A stretch of 64,000 bases of DNA from Podarcis gaigeae (lineage: Eukaryota), in NCBI GenBank assembly GCA_964106915.2, contig OZ066918.1; one strand, 5' to 3'. Of the stretch, positions 36,301-49,600 are shown piece by piece; within the stretch, counting starts at the first letter, position 1; each line of letters opens with the position of its first letter. The translations under genes were made by a program, and so were the position numbers. The notes under the pieces are model-generated. The model searched no databases. It was not told the origin of the DNA and was given only the letters and a program-made list of their open reading frames with translations.

Positions 36301-39300
36301 ACTAATAAGGCAGAATGATGTGTGGACAGCCCAGTATAAATCCATCTCTAATGCACTATTATTGCATCAATAAAATGCTGCAGAATATACCCATGAATGA
36401 ACACAAGTCTGGATGGAGTCTTGCTGTTAATATGGGATGAGTTCAGACTCGTTGAAGTCCTTCACATTGTGTATCTTTGGTTATAGCTACATGGAGGAAG
36501 TAACATCTGATTCAATGCAGTTGAGATGATGAGCACTACTTTGTAGCACTTTGCTTGAGTGCAGTGGGTAAAAAGGAGAAAAGGGAGCATAAAATCCCTT
36601 GAAAATTAGAATTGAGACAACACATCAAGCTCAAGGTAAACTCAACGCAATACAAAGAAGAATGTGTGAGAGAAGAAATGTCCAAAGGACCTTTTGGGGT
36701 GGGATACAGTATGATAAGCATTGTGAATATCAAGGGAATATCTAGAGAAACTGCTGAATTTCCATCCATTTCCCACAGAGTTCACCAGTCTAAAACTTTC
36801 CATGGGAGGTAAACTAAGGATGCACAGATACCCTCCACCATTAGGAGGTTTTGTAAGTCTTATTGAAAGTGGTTTGTTTTCTCTCAAAATACCCAAGATG
36901 TTTGCCCAAGGAAGGACCTCTAAATTTGCCTATAAAACTGCTTTAGTTGAAGCTTGGTGCCTAGAATGCTTGCCTTTGATGGCTTCAATAAGAGATTGGT
37001 TAGGAAACTGTGGATGATGCTACAGAATACCTAAGAGATAGTAGCTTACTTTGCATAAAGTATGGCTAAGCCATACTTTTAGTGTGAAGTGCATGAGATG
37101 AAATTAACCAAAGAAACCCTTTGTTTTGCATGTCCCCCTTCTGTTTTTTCCTACTATGAGGATAACTTTGACATCTGGCTTTCCCTCAGCCTCAGATTGT
37201 TTCATCCAGACTCAGGTTTTGTGGATTATTAAAAACTCTGGTTAGTTTTAACAAATAGCTTGAAAACCAATGCTCGAAGTTGGCTTGTTTCAAAACTGAC
37301 CATAGTTCATTATAGTAACAAGCCCATGTCTAGCTAACAAGACAAGCTGAAATTCAGGAAAAGTAAACCCCAGTGCTGCTGTTAGTGCATTTACCTGCAT
37401 GGCAGTGGCAGTGCACAAGCCTGAGGCATCCTCAGGATTGGTCCAGCTCATGCTAAATCAGGGATATCCAAAGTAGTGCCCCTCAGTATTATTGAACTAC
37501 AACTCTCATCATCCCTGCACATTGGCCTTCTTGTCTGGGAATGGTGTGAATTATCGTCCAACAATATCTGGAGAGCAACACATTGACCACCCCCATGCTA
37601 AAATATAGTTTAACATGTGTGGCTATGGTCTCGGTTTGAGCCATCAGGTTTCATGGAATGAGGCATTGGATAACTTCCATTTTTGTAGTTCTCCGAATGG
37701 ATATGATCCACTATCATGTGCACAGATTTAGTAACTGGATATGCCCCAACGTCTGGCAATCTTCGAATGTGCTTGTGCTGGTTGGTTATTGCTATTTTTA
37801 TTTATCAGTTTCAGGAGCACAGGATTTGTACAAGGGATCTCCTGGGCAAAATATGGGATTTAAACTAGTAAGCTACCTAACAACCAGGGTTTTGTTTCTC
37901 AGAATCGCCAGCCCAGGTCTGAATTCAGAAATGGATGCCCTTGGGCATTGCCCTGACCACCCTTCACAGGGAGAAACAGAAGCACTTTGCAGCAGTCAGT
38001 TGCAGCTCATTTCTTCCCGAGCGACCCAGTTCCCAGAACTGTGTCATTTAAAGGCTGCTTCTTGTCCTTTCTGGTTTGCAGCTTGCTTGCATATGAAAGA
38101 CTAAGTACACAGAGATGCACCATTCTGATCATTAAAATGTATTTCTACTAATGTTAGCAATATTTTTGGCAGCTGTATGTGACTGTGGTTCTCTCTGTGT
38201 GTGTTTTCCTGATGTGCTCATTAAAGGGAGGGATTCAAATGTAGGTAGAAGAAGCCTTTAAAGAGAGGAAGAAATTTATAGGATTAAAGAGAAGAAAATA
38301 ACTCTTGTAAAATATTAACTTGCATGCTGTGAATATTCTGTCAGTGTGAAAGCAGCTGTGGATTTATCAGAGGGCTTTATTTGTATTTTTCTTTTAATGA
38401 CAATCCCATAAAAAGATATGGGAAGATTATATCTAACTAATTAAAAGTATATTACATTGGGATTATTTCACTGGAGATTATTTTCTAGCAATCCTTTTAA
38501 AATCTTGTTTTCTATTGTGTTCCAACTCACTGAAATAAAATTATGTGTGCTTGTAAAACACATTTAGATTTTAGGTGTGATGTCTGCTGAGTCACTGCAT
38601 CTTGTTTACATAAAGATACCCAAGGTTGCTTTGTGGGTTATGCTTGATCAAGAGACCCCATTTTTTGGCTTGCTGGAGAATCCCAGTATTTTTTTGGCTG
38701 CACATTCATCACTATTGGATTGGTTTTGTAATACCCCTGTTGATTAGGCAACACATTCTTTACTTGATGCTATTGGTTTGCTACTTGTAAAGAATTTTGA
38801 TCTCCTTCATCATTTCCATAAATCCAAGTATTCAGTTTTGCTCCTGTGGAAGGATCCAAAATGGCTTCCAGGGAGATATTTGAGAGGAAACTTTGGAACA
38901 GTAAAAGCTGTTCAACAGGGGAGCAAGAATTTCATGAGAGGTGGTAGTATCTCTCCTTCACTGGAACTATTTGAGTGGGGACTGTTTTAATATTTGCCAA
39001 AATTGCTATAGCTGCATCCTGCAATGAGCAGAGTGGTTTCTCTTAGATACTGTAGCTTCTAATGTTCCTTCCAGCCATTTTGAGAGTGAATTCTGTAACC
39101 ACCACATTTGAGCAAATTTATCAAAATCATGAAGTCCATCATGTGTTGAAACCAGTTCTGATAACACAATTATTGGAGATCCTCTTTCCTTTTACAGCAT
39201 GATGGTAAAAATGTGGTTGTATGAGGCTACTCTGAAGTTGAGCCTTGCCTTGGCAAGAGTAGGGAACAACCAGCTGAAACACAATTGTAAGCTTTTTTAA

Positions 39301-40968
39301 AAACAACAACAACAACTAAACAAATATAATAAATGGTAGGGTGAGATTTGGACCATCAGTGGACACAGGAAATGGTTTGGGCAAGCTAGAGAAATGGTGT
39401 TTGATTAAGGGAAAGAAAGAGGAAGCAATGCTTTAGCCCAGAGTGACCTCCAGATGTTACTGAACTACAACTCCCATCAGCCCAGCCAGCATCACCAGTG
39501 GTTAGGGATCATGGGAATTGGAGTCCCTTATCAGCTGGGCGGCATCACATTGGCTATTCCTGCTTTTCGTTTAGGAGTCGAAGGCAATTTGAGAGTGGAT
39601 TAAAAACAAAACATGAAAACTGTAGCTTTTCCATTGACTTTCATGGCTTGTGGACTGTGCCCACACTGTGAGTCAAAAGCTAGGCAAATATGTTAAGATA
39701 AGAACATACTGAACTGTTCCTAATAGCAAGATCATTTAGACAATGAGTCCAAGATCCTTGTGTGCATTGGTTTGAAGCTTGATAGCTATTGGAAAATGCA
39801 TTCCTAGGGAGGGTGACCCATGTGTTCTTGTAAGCAGCTTTGCACATGTTTGGCAGTTTTTACTTGATTGGATGAAAAACACTGTAACTGGGTAGGCAGT
39901 TGGTTTGCACAATGGCCAGCATGTGAAGCAAACTCTATGGAGCTGTGTTTTCAAGTTACCACCGTACAGCAAAAATCACATAGAGGAGTCAGGCACACAA
40001 ATAGGAGGCTGGGTAGGATGTTCACTGAGACATAAATCACCCAGAACCTGGGAAGATGCAGTTATTTTTCCACATGGATTGATGGAAGAAAAAATGGAAT
40101 ACCATCAGATTCCTCAAAGTTTTGTTATAAGTCCCTGTCAAATTCTGAGTTATAATAATATGTATTTCACAAAGTTTCTCCAGACATATGATTACCTGTT
40201 AGGTGTGGTACACAAAAGCACGCTGGGTACTTGTAATAAAACCTTATTCTGGGGAATAACTGCTTTTCCCTTCTCTGGTGGTGGGACAAGAGTCCAGTGG
40301 GACATAATGGAATATTCTTCTCATGTTCCAAATTGATATATAACGATGCACTATGGAAAAGTTGGGATTGGTTAAGCATATGTGATAAATAATATAATAT
40401 GTATAAAAACTTATTTGATAAACTGTTGGTTTCATCTTTTAGTTATGTATGGTGATAAGCAAGAGGCCTATTCATCCTGCCAGTTACACAGCTCCCTTTT
40501 CTGTACTGCTGTTACCAGCAATTTTATCAGCAGTCGCCTTTAATACCTTATTCATGTGCTTTGGGGTGAAAAGTTAATGTAGCTATATATTATTCATCCA
40601 AGAGAAAGGACATTTTTTTCAATATAAGTTGCCTCATTTCTCTTGGAAAGGGGCAGCGCTGTGAGCCAGAAGAGCAGTGTAAAGCTCTGTTGGATGTGTG
40701 TCAGTGAATTAGGCTTTATAGATCCATGCTTGATGTTGTTTTAATATTTGCAGAAAGTTTGGGTGTCTAATAATCTACCTATTGCAACAAATTTACTTTT
40801 GAACCTTTCCTGTCTTTCTTGTGTATCTCAGGTTGACCTGCTGTCACCCTTTTTAGCCACTATAAAAAAAGTGCTTTTGTTTCTCCTTCTCTTTCTTATT
40901 TGGTTTATCCAGATGAAGTAATAGATAAAGTCATCTTGCATATGCATGCACTGATGCTTTATTTAATC

Positions 40969-41076
40969 CAGTGTTTCCCAAACTTGTTTTTGGACTACAA
41001 GTCCCATTACCCCTAGTCAGGAACAATGGGCATTCTGGTCTGAAAACAGCTGGAGACCCAAGTTTGGGAAGCACTG
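40969..41076. mobile_element. hAT MITE, 108 bp
   Basis: TIRs CAGTGTTTCCCAAACTTG / CAAGTTTGGGAAGCACTG; 8-bp TSD ATTTAATC/ATTTAATT. Confidence 0.85.
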
Positions 41077-44000
41077 ATTTAATTCAACTCATTTGTGGTT
41101 CCAAGTGCTTCTGTGCCAGCACTGAGAAGTTTCCTTGTCTGGTGGCAGCTCTTTATGAAACCTCATAAGCCACTCACAAGAGCTATTGCAACTACTTGGG
41201 CAGTTTTTCAGGTAGCTTTGTGGGTAGGAAAAGTGCGCTGAAACACCCAGGCTCAGAACTAGAGCCTGGTGTTCCAAAGTGCATGTTGCTTCTGCTGCCT
41301 CTCACCTCTTCTCCTGCAATGCTGTATTGTATATAGGTTCCTGAATCTTCTCTTCAGCCTGAGCCAAATGGTTTGGCTACCTCAGCAAGTCTTCAGCTGC
41401 CACCAAGCCACCCCATCTTCCTCTCAGGTCTTCTTTCTTCTCCCTAAATCCTTTTGCTCTGTGGTCTTCTTCTGATTGTCCATCATGAACACTAAGCACC
41501 AGCCGACATGGACGGACTCTGACTGGCTAGTACCCAGCCATTCTGGCCCCCAGGTGACTGTTAAACCAACTCCCATCTGGCTAGACAGAAAGCTTCCCCT
41601 TTCCAACACATTACACTGTACATGACACTACAACTGACAGAATATATTACACAATACCCATTGAAACACAGCTTAAACAAACAGGATTGCTTCACGTTAT
41701 AAAAAATAATGAATGATCAGTCGTATGGCTCCTCTGGTACCTTTTGTGAATTCCCAGATTTTGAGAATTCATATGGAAAGGTGATCATAAAGATGGACTG
41801 AAGATGAGCAGGACAGGAACCCTAAGTTCCCTAGCCCTCCTTTCTCAGCTGACTTCACCCCATCTTTCTTTCCATCCCTGCTCTCAGCCCCTTGGCAAGA
41901 CATTTCGTCTGTCCCCTGGCTTGACTTCAGACTTCTGCATCCTTCCTGTCCTCCCTTCAGTCGGGCTCAGCTCTAGCCTGCTCCAGTGGCTGTGCTTGGA
42001 GAAAGTACTGCCTTTGTGATATCACTAGCCAATGCACCAATCCCCACATCTCAGAATTCTTGTCCATTGGTGGGGAGCGGTGTAATGCCTGCAGATGATG
42101 TCATAAAGGCATTACTTTCTCCCTTAGATGGGGAAACCTTTCATGTCAGTTGCCCATGTAGTTGCTAGGATAAAAAGGCATTTCAAAGCAACCTTCTAGG
42201 GGCCACACGCCAGTGGCTGGTGGAGTCAGAGGCAGAAGTAACAAATGCACATTTTGTGTGCAGTAGGCTAGTTTCTTCACACACTCACAAGCCAATCTCT
42301 ATCCTCCATCAGCCAAACAAGAAGCATTATCAGAGATCAAGGGCACATTCCAGGCAGGCAGAAACACTCATGAATTGTCTGAGGCAGGGCAGGTGAGGAG
42401 TGCGGCCTGAAGAAAGGGGGTGTGGCCAGATAGAGAGATCTTGAGGGCTACATGTGACCCTCCAGGCCTGTGCTTCCCCATCTCTGAAGTAGACAAGTAG
42501 ACTGAAATGGTAATCTGGAAAAGAATAACAAAGACACAGCAGATAGGGAAAACAGTGACATCAGATAGGATTGGGGGGGAAGCATTCTCAAAATGAAAGG
42601 ACTGTTATTATCTGAACAAACTGATTTCAGCCTGAAAATGGAAATGGAAGATATCTTCAGGGCATCTTTAGTAATGTATAGTTCCGGCCTCAGTTTGTCA
42701 CCAGCTATTTACACTAAGTTCCTTTAATCCTGAAGCACTATTTATCTCATCTTGGATAGTCACTTAAAATCTAAAGTATTAGATGTGATCTTAAATGTTT
42801 GTGGTGATACAGGAAGGCATGCTTTTAGAAAGTATACACAGTAATAAAATGGAATGCACAGTTTGTGTGTTAAAACTTTACTGTCGGTAGAGCTTTTAGC
42901 CGCACTAATAAGAAAAGTGATTTTATTCAGAGCAAACAGAAGCTATAAAAGGTTAACGCTCTTTTGTTGCTTTGTGTTTTGCTGTGTGAACATTAGTGTA
43001 GGTGCCTGCTGAAATGGGCAGATAAATCCTGTATTTGCTAAAATTTAGCACTTAATAAGCTATCTTTAGTAAAAGTATGAAAAAGGCTTATGCCCCTTTC
43101 TGACAAGTTAAGAGAAATAAACCTAAGTGAGACTCAATAAAGAATCCTTCTAGTCTCTCAGATTCTGCCCTGCTCCTTTTCAAAATGGGTTAATGTCGCT
43201 TCTGATGTTTGGAGGTACTGAAGCCATGTAATATGGGCTTAGTTTTCAAAGCAATGGATGCATTTGCACAGTGTGACTGTGAAGAGGAGTTCAGAAGCTC
43301 TCGCTTCTATTTTGGATTAAGTACAGCTTGTTGAACTCAAACAAACTGCCATTTATCTTAACAACGGTTTGTTGAAATAGGCTAGCTTCAGACCATAGCT
43401 TATGAAATTGGCTTGTTTCAACAAATGTGGTTAATCTGAAGCACAAGTAATCACTTCCTTGTGGCTGTGCCAAAGGAGGGGGAGCCAGGGAGCCCAAAGT
43501 TCATTGCAGCTCATTCTCATAAAGCTAAATCATGGTTCAGTGTTATGAGAACACAGGAACTCTTTGCTTTTTCCTGCTAAACTAACTGATATGACAACAA
43601 ATGGTAATCACTGCCAGTTGGAAGGGCAGAGTTTGCAGGTGGCCTTCAAGTGGAGGCCACTAGGTGTCACATAGCATTTATCATGAAAATGGGAGGTGGC
43701 CTTGATGCCACTGATCTCGTGTTTAACTTACTGCTGTGGACTGGTCATTCTATTGCTCTAGAATTCAACCCTTTCAGACTCAGGACCCAGCTTTTTAACC
43801 TCGAAAAAAATGAGGCCAAATTTAAGTTTAGCATTCATTCCCTTTTCATCTTTCTCTGAAATGCTGAATGCTTCAGCAGTGAGGTGTGAAAATTCTGTCT
43901 TTTGCTCTTCATAGAACAATCTGTAAAGAATAGCAGCTTGCATTGCCTGGTCCTCTCCATCACATTTGCTGTAATATACAGTTATTGACTCGCACTTGCA

Positions 44001-46366
44001 TGTATAAAAAGCAAGCAGTGATATCAAAAGCCAATGAGAGATCAAAAAGCAGAAGCAAGGTCACTGCTCTCTAGAAAGCTCATCCATCAGGGAGACCAAG
44101 GACAACTCATTCCCATGGCCAGGCCTGAAACAAGACTAGAATGGATCTAAACAGATACAGGCTGTGGTCTGCCGATTAGCTGACCCTGCCCTCAAATCTT
44201 CTTGTGTACCAAGAGGTTTCATGGCAGGTGTGATGTCAATGTGAAAAGACATATTTGAAAGCCACTGTAGGAAACGCTGTTGGAGAAAAGGCACATGCTC
44301 ACACTTCATCTCTGTTACCAGTCGCTGTTGTTAATGTCTATCTCACTTTTTTTCTATTTAAAAACAAAGCAGCTAATTGCAGAAGTTGTCCTGCTGATAT
44401 CACAGGGGAAAGAATTTCTTTGTCTACTTCATTTCTACACATGGCTTCGTCCCTGCTTGTAAACCAGTAAAAATTTCACCCCTGATTTGTGCCTAATGTT
44501 TTATAAGAACTGCATCATTGGAAAAACAATCTTGTAAATGGAAAGTTGTTCTCCCTTGTCCAAACTCTCTGAATATATGTTTACATTGATTCCTGCCACC
44601 TGCCCCTCATAAATGTAAAGCCAATTAAATACCTTTTGTTTCCTATCATTTCTAGGCATACCTTCCCCTGGATGTTGTGCGCTTTTTTCATTTTTATCCT
44701 TTTCCTGGATTCTTCTATTTCTTCCGGTTAGCTTGAAGGAAGGTAGTCTATCCTAAAGACAACCTGTTGGCCTCTATAAATGTGCAGGCCAAATAAGGAT
44801 ATCAGAGGATTCTGGGAGTGGAATTTATTGGTGTTTGCTTATTCACTCCATATTCGGAATGGAAATCAATCCAGTGAACATGATCAGTATTCACTGTTGT
44901 TGCTTTGAGTCCAGAAACAATATGTAACTGAGTAGATTCCACGCTGTTATTTGCGTTGTGTTTCCTTTGCACTGAAATGAATGATGTGGAATAATGGAAT
45001 GGTAATGTAACTTATGCACCATAAGTTCCCTAATTAATTACATAAAATACATAATTTACATGCTACCACCACAGCATACAGCCAGACGAATAATGTGGTT
45101 TTTGATGGAGGGTGAACTGTAGCAGAATGGAAATGGTGCTGCATGTGACAAATACAGTCTGGAATGGAAATGTATGCCTTCTTCCATCCCTGCTTGCTGG
45201 AGAAGAGCAAGGGTCAATTGAGCCTAGGGGTAGCCAATGTGGAATCTAGCTCCCATCACCCCTGACCAGTGGCCATATTGGCTAGGGCTGATGGGAGTTG
45301 TAATCCAACAATATTGAAAGGGCACCATGTTCACCACTCCTGATCTACTACAGTATCCTGCTTTTCCAACAGTGGCCAGTCAGATACTTGTGGAAAGCCT
45401 GCAAGTAGGTAATGAAGACAACATTTCATGATTTCTTTTAAAATGACTCAAGTAAACTTCGGTAAACGAAAGCAGAATTAAGAATATGGTGCCAAAGTCA
45501 CGTGAAGAAAAATCGCTGTTGACCACATTCTACAAGTTGTGCTTTTACACGAGGAAGTATACTCATAGATGGAAAAGCTGGTGGGAAGAATTGAAGAAGA
45601 ATCATATTCCAGATTTTAGCTCTTCAATGTGTATACACAAATCTATAATTATCTGGAGGCTGCAGAGTGATGCCCTGGTTCCCAGCCAACTGCGCAAAGA
45701 ACAGATATCAGATCTCAAATGATTCTACTGTATGTACTTGTTCTGTTCTGGTAAACCTCCCCCAGCAACAACATCACAGATCCTGACCTGGAGGATTGCT
45801 AACATCTAATGGGAGGTGTTAGTTGAGTTGTGCAACAAGAAATATAAAGGTATTTATGTAAGACGTGGCTGCTTTTTATTCTCAGCATAGTGGATCGAAT
45901 GCTCTTTCAAAGCTTTTTTAAAAAAACAAAAACAAAGCTCTGTGTAAGCAAATATAGACAACACCCAGAAATAAACTCAGCTGAAAAAATTAGATGCAGT
46001 TATGTAGGGCGAGGAAGGAACTTTACAGTTCAGGGTTCTAGCTTAAAGTTTGTCAACCATGCTACATAATATGGTGAAATATACAGGAAGGGTTCTGCTT
46101 TAAAGGGAAGAGAATCGCTCCATGATTCTAGTGTGAGATCGTCAGTGACCATATACACTGTTCACTGTTCAGCTTTCTATGAAAAGCTACACTTTTCAGA
46201 GTTCCCTAGGAAGAAGAATTGTTTGTTTAGCTAGTCTGGGTGTTGTAGTTCTGTGTGGGGAATTGGGGCTTCCTAACAGCCCTCAGCACCGACAATAAAC
46301 TACAGTTCTCAGAATTCTTTTAGAGAAGCCATGACTGTTTGAAGCAGTATGATACTGCTTTAAATG

Positions 46367-46523
46367 CAGTGCTTTTTTCTGGGGGTATGCAGGGGTACAC
46401 ATACCCCTAAACATTTTGTGAATCTTTGTACTTTTATCCATTTGTACTGTTTTTAACACTTGATTGGGAGCCACCCAGAGTGGCTGGGGAAACTCAGCCA
46501 GATGGACGGGGTACAAATAATAA

Positions 46524-46571
<48 letters not shown>

Positions 46572-46666
46572 TACTGTATTTATTTTTCCCAATTTGAAGT
46601 ATAAAATGGTGATTTTCTTGAGTCAAAATGAGAGTACATTTTTTTAAAGAAAAAAAAAAAACACTG
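46367..46666. mobile_element. hAT MITE containing an L2-type 3' end with (TTA)n tail, itself nested in an older MITE
   Basis: CAGTGCTTTTTT...AAAAAAACACTG; 8-bp TSD TTTAAATG/TTTAAATA; internal GGGAGCCACCCAGAGTGGCTGGGGAAAC...(TTA)n at ~46445-46572. Confidence 0.8.
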
Positions 46667-49600
46667 TTTAAATATATAGTGCAGATGGAGCATATGTTGA
46701 CTATTTGCAAATAGGAGTTGCCGTTAGCCAGTTATTTCTGTACAAACTGCTTTTTTCAGACAGCCATTTTCTTGCTCCAGCAATAACATGTATTTCGTAT
46801 CTGGATTACCTTCCAGCCTGAGTGCCTACACTAGCATTACAAAGTACATTTTGTTGTACTTTCTATTATCACAGGTTGAAAGCCTTCAAAAGTCCTTAAC
46901 AAATGCGCGTGAGAGATTTTTAAAGTATGTATCATTTCGTGAAGTGCATTTCTAAATGGTGAAAAATTGGAGAGTACCCCTAAGTTTTGATGTAGTTTAG
47001 TGTAGAACAGGGAAGGACAAGGTGTTACTGTAACTTGCTTCCAGCCCCAAAGACACTTTTGAATCTTTTTGATTATCCTGAAGTACATTTCTAGGCCTCA
47101 TGAATGTGAAATGAAGGGGGATGTGAAGGCAAGGACTGGAATTTTTTTTTTTTTTAAGCAGATAATGAGGAACTCATTCTGTTTTTCAGCTTCACATACA
47201 TATACAGGTAAGGACCAATTTATGCATGTCCAATTGATGTGCAACCGCCAGTGTGTGCATCACAGCGATGTGCAAGTGCCCCAAAAAGAATGGGCTTATA
47301 TGTACTTCGCTGTTGCACATGATGACATGGAACACAACCCCTGCACAAACTGGGGGTTGCCTACAATTAAAGTTTTGAAAGGGTTCACTCCCAAGTTTTC
47401 AATTTATGGAAAGGAATTTTAAGACACAGGTGGCTAACCCCTTCCAGCCTGAGGGCCGCATTGAAGGTTGGACAAATCTCAAACTTCTACAGGCCACACA
47501 TACAAGCTTACTGCATGCACACACATGTGGTGGATTTCTAAAACTCAGAGCACCTGAGTGCTATGGTGGGGCAACTTCTCTATCCCCTTGCAATTCTAAA
47601 GTGCTGTGCTGTGATTCACCTGCAGGTTCACCTGAACATAGAAGCCAACTCTTAGGGGCTGTGGGGGGTCCGACCCCTACAATGAAATATTTGAGGGGGC
47701 TGGGGCCCCTCCAAAGTTGATGGGCACTGCCATTCAAATAGTGTGTGCACACACTGCATCATGTAATTGCTTTTGCATTTAAATTGTTCAACTCTTAGGT
47801 AGAATACGCAGTTTTCAATGCATCCATCCATAAAATATGCATTTTGTGCACTTTTTTTTTTTTTTTTTTTTTTTGCATAAATACGTATTTTATATGCACC
47901 GTTTGTGCACCAAAACTGAAATGCAAAATCTAGAGAAGTGCATAATCTGACTGGGAATTGCATTGTGATCTGCAAGGGCTTTGGTAGCATCAAGTTAGTC
48001 CACTGTGAAAAGTGGACCAAAGGAATTCCTTTCCCGTCATTGACTCCAATGACAGGTTGTAAATAATTAGGATCTAATTGGACTATATCATTGGAAACTT
48101 AGCCATTTGCTTTTTGAGGCATTCATTGCTGACATCTAACTGATGATCATCTTTGATGGCAGCTTGTGAGAAATCGATAAGAAAGTGAACTTAATTTTGC
48201 ATATCCATTAATTTTGACTTTAACATATGTGTTTTGAATGCCATAGTCACCTTTGTAATTTGTTGTCCCTGTATACCATGATCTAGGTAACCTCAATTAG
48301 CAAAAACTGATTAGTACTTTAATTCTTTGCCAGGAGTTTTTCCCCATGGCTGCCCAGTATAACTGATACACTGTTTAGGGGATGTGGCAGAGAAGGAAAC
48401 TAAATTTGGGTAATATATACTATGTTAAAATAGCCCCCAAATGTTGGCAAATTTTCTGTGGGAATAAGTACTGCTTCTTTTTGCTGGATTTAATGACCTA
48501 TAAGACATAGTTATAAATACCCTTTTTAAGGAAAAGAGCCAAACTGATGAACTTTATTTTTCAATAGAGCCTTCATTTCAGTGGCACACTTTTGTGTGAT
48601 AAGAATATCTGTAACGCACATGAACATAATTATTTTTAGCACTGCATTTGTTAAAATCCCCCTTACTTTCAGTACATTCTCTTACCTTTTTTTTAAATAA
48701 AAAATCCCTCTCAAAAAATGATTATACATATCCTTTTGCAGATTCACATATTGCACTGCTATTAGTTGACCATAGATACCAGCAACCAAGGCTGTGGCTT
48801 TTGGAGCAGCCAATTTGGTGCCCTCCAGGTTTTTTGGACTCCAACTCCCAGCATCCCTGGGCATTGGCTATGCAGGCTGAGGCTGATGAGAGCTGTAGTT
48901 CAAAACATCTGGAAGGCACCATATTAACTACTATTGGTCTACTTATTTCAAATTGTTATGTGAGCTTGCTCACTTCTTCAGCTTATTCACCTCTCTTTCA
49001 GTTGCTTCCTCCACTCCTTCTCTAGGTCCTTCCCTTCTTTTCATCATTCATCTAGACTGCCCAGACTTTCCTGACACCCCCTCCCGCACCATTTTCATTG
49101 TTCTGCTGTCTTTCAAAGCCTCAATTCCTCTCTCCCAGATTCCCTTACCTCTTCAATCCCAGAATCTAAAGAAGTCTCCTATTTCTGTGACAGAACATCT
49201 ACTTTGCTTGCAGACGGTTCTAAGTTAAATCCCTGGCATCTCTAGAGACGGCTTGTCACAAAATCCTGAAATGTGATGTGGATAGGTAGCTTCAAATTGT
49301 CTAGATCTATGCTGTAGTTAATAATGTGTCTTAGGTTTACACGAACCACTATGCTAGCTGAAAGAAAAGAAAAGAGTCTCAACCAGTTTGTTTGATCTTT
49401 GCAGGCTGCATCAAGATCTCTTTCTACCTCTCTATCAAGCTGCTCATTGGGTTGCAATTTCATTGTGTTCAAAATCCTTTTCCCCCCACCCCCTGCACAA
49501 ATAAATAGCTGATGGCATTTATTTATGGAAAGTTATTAGCATTTATTATTTATATAGCACAGGGATTGATCTTCTCCATTCATATATTCAAGGTCAAAGC

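Noticed and set aside
37658-40336. 148-aa and 143-aa + strand intronic ORFs as alternative NRG3 exons
   Set aside because: No similarity to neuregulin domains, no clear splice context, and composition looks non-coding.
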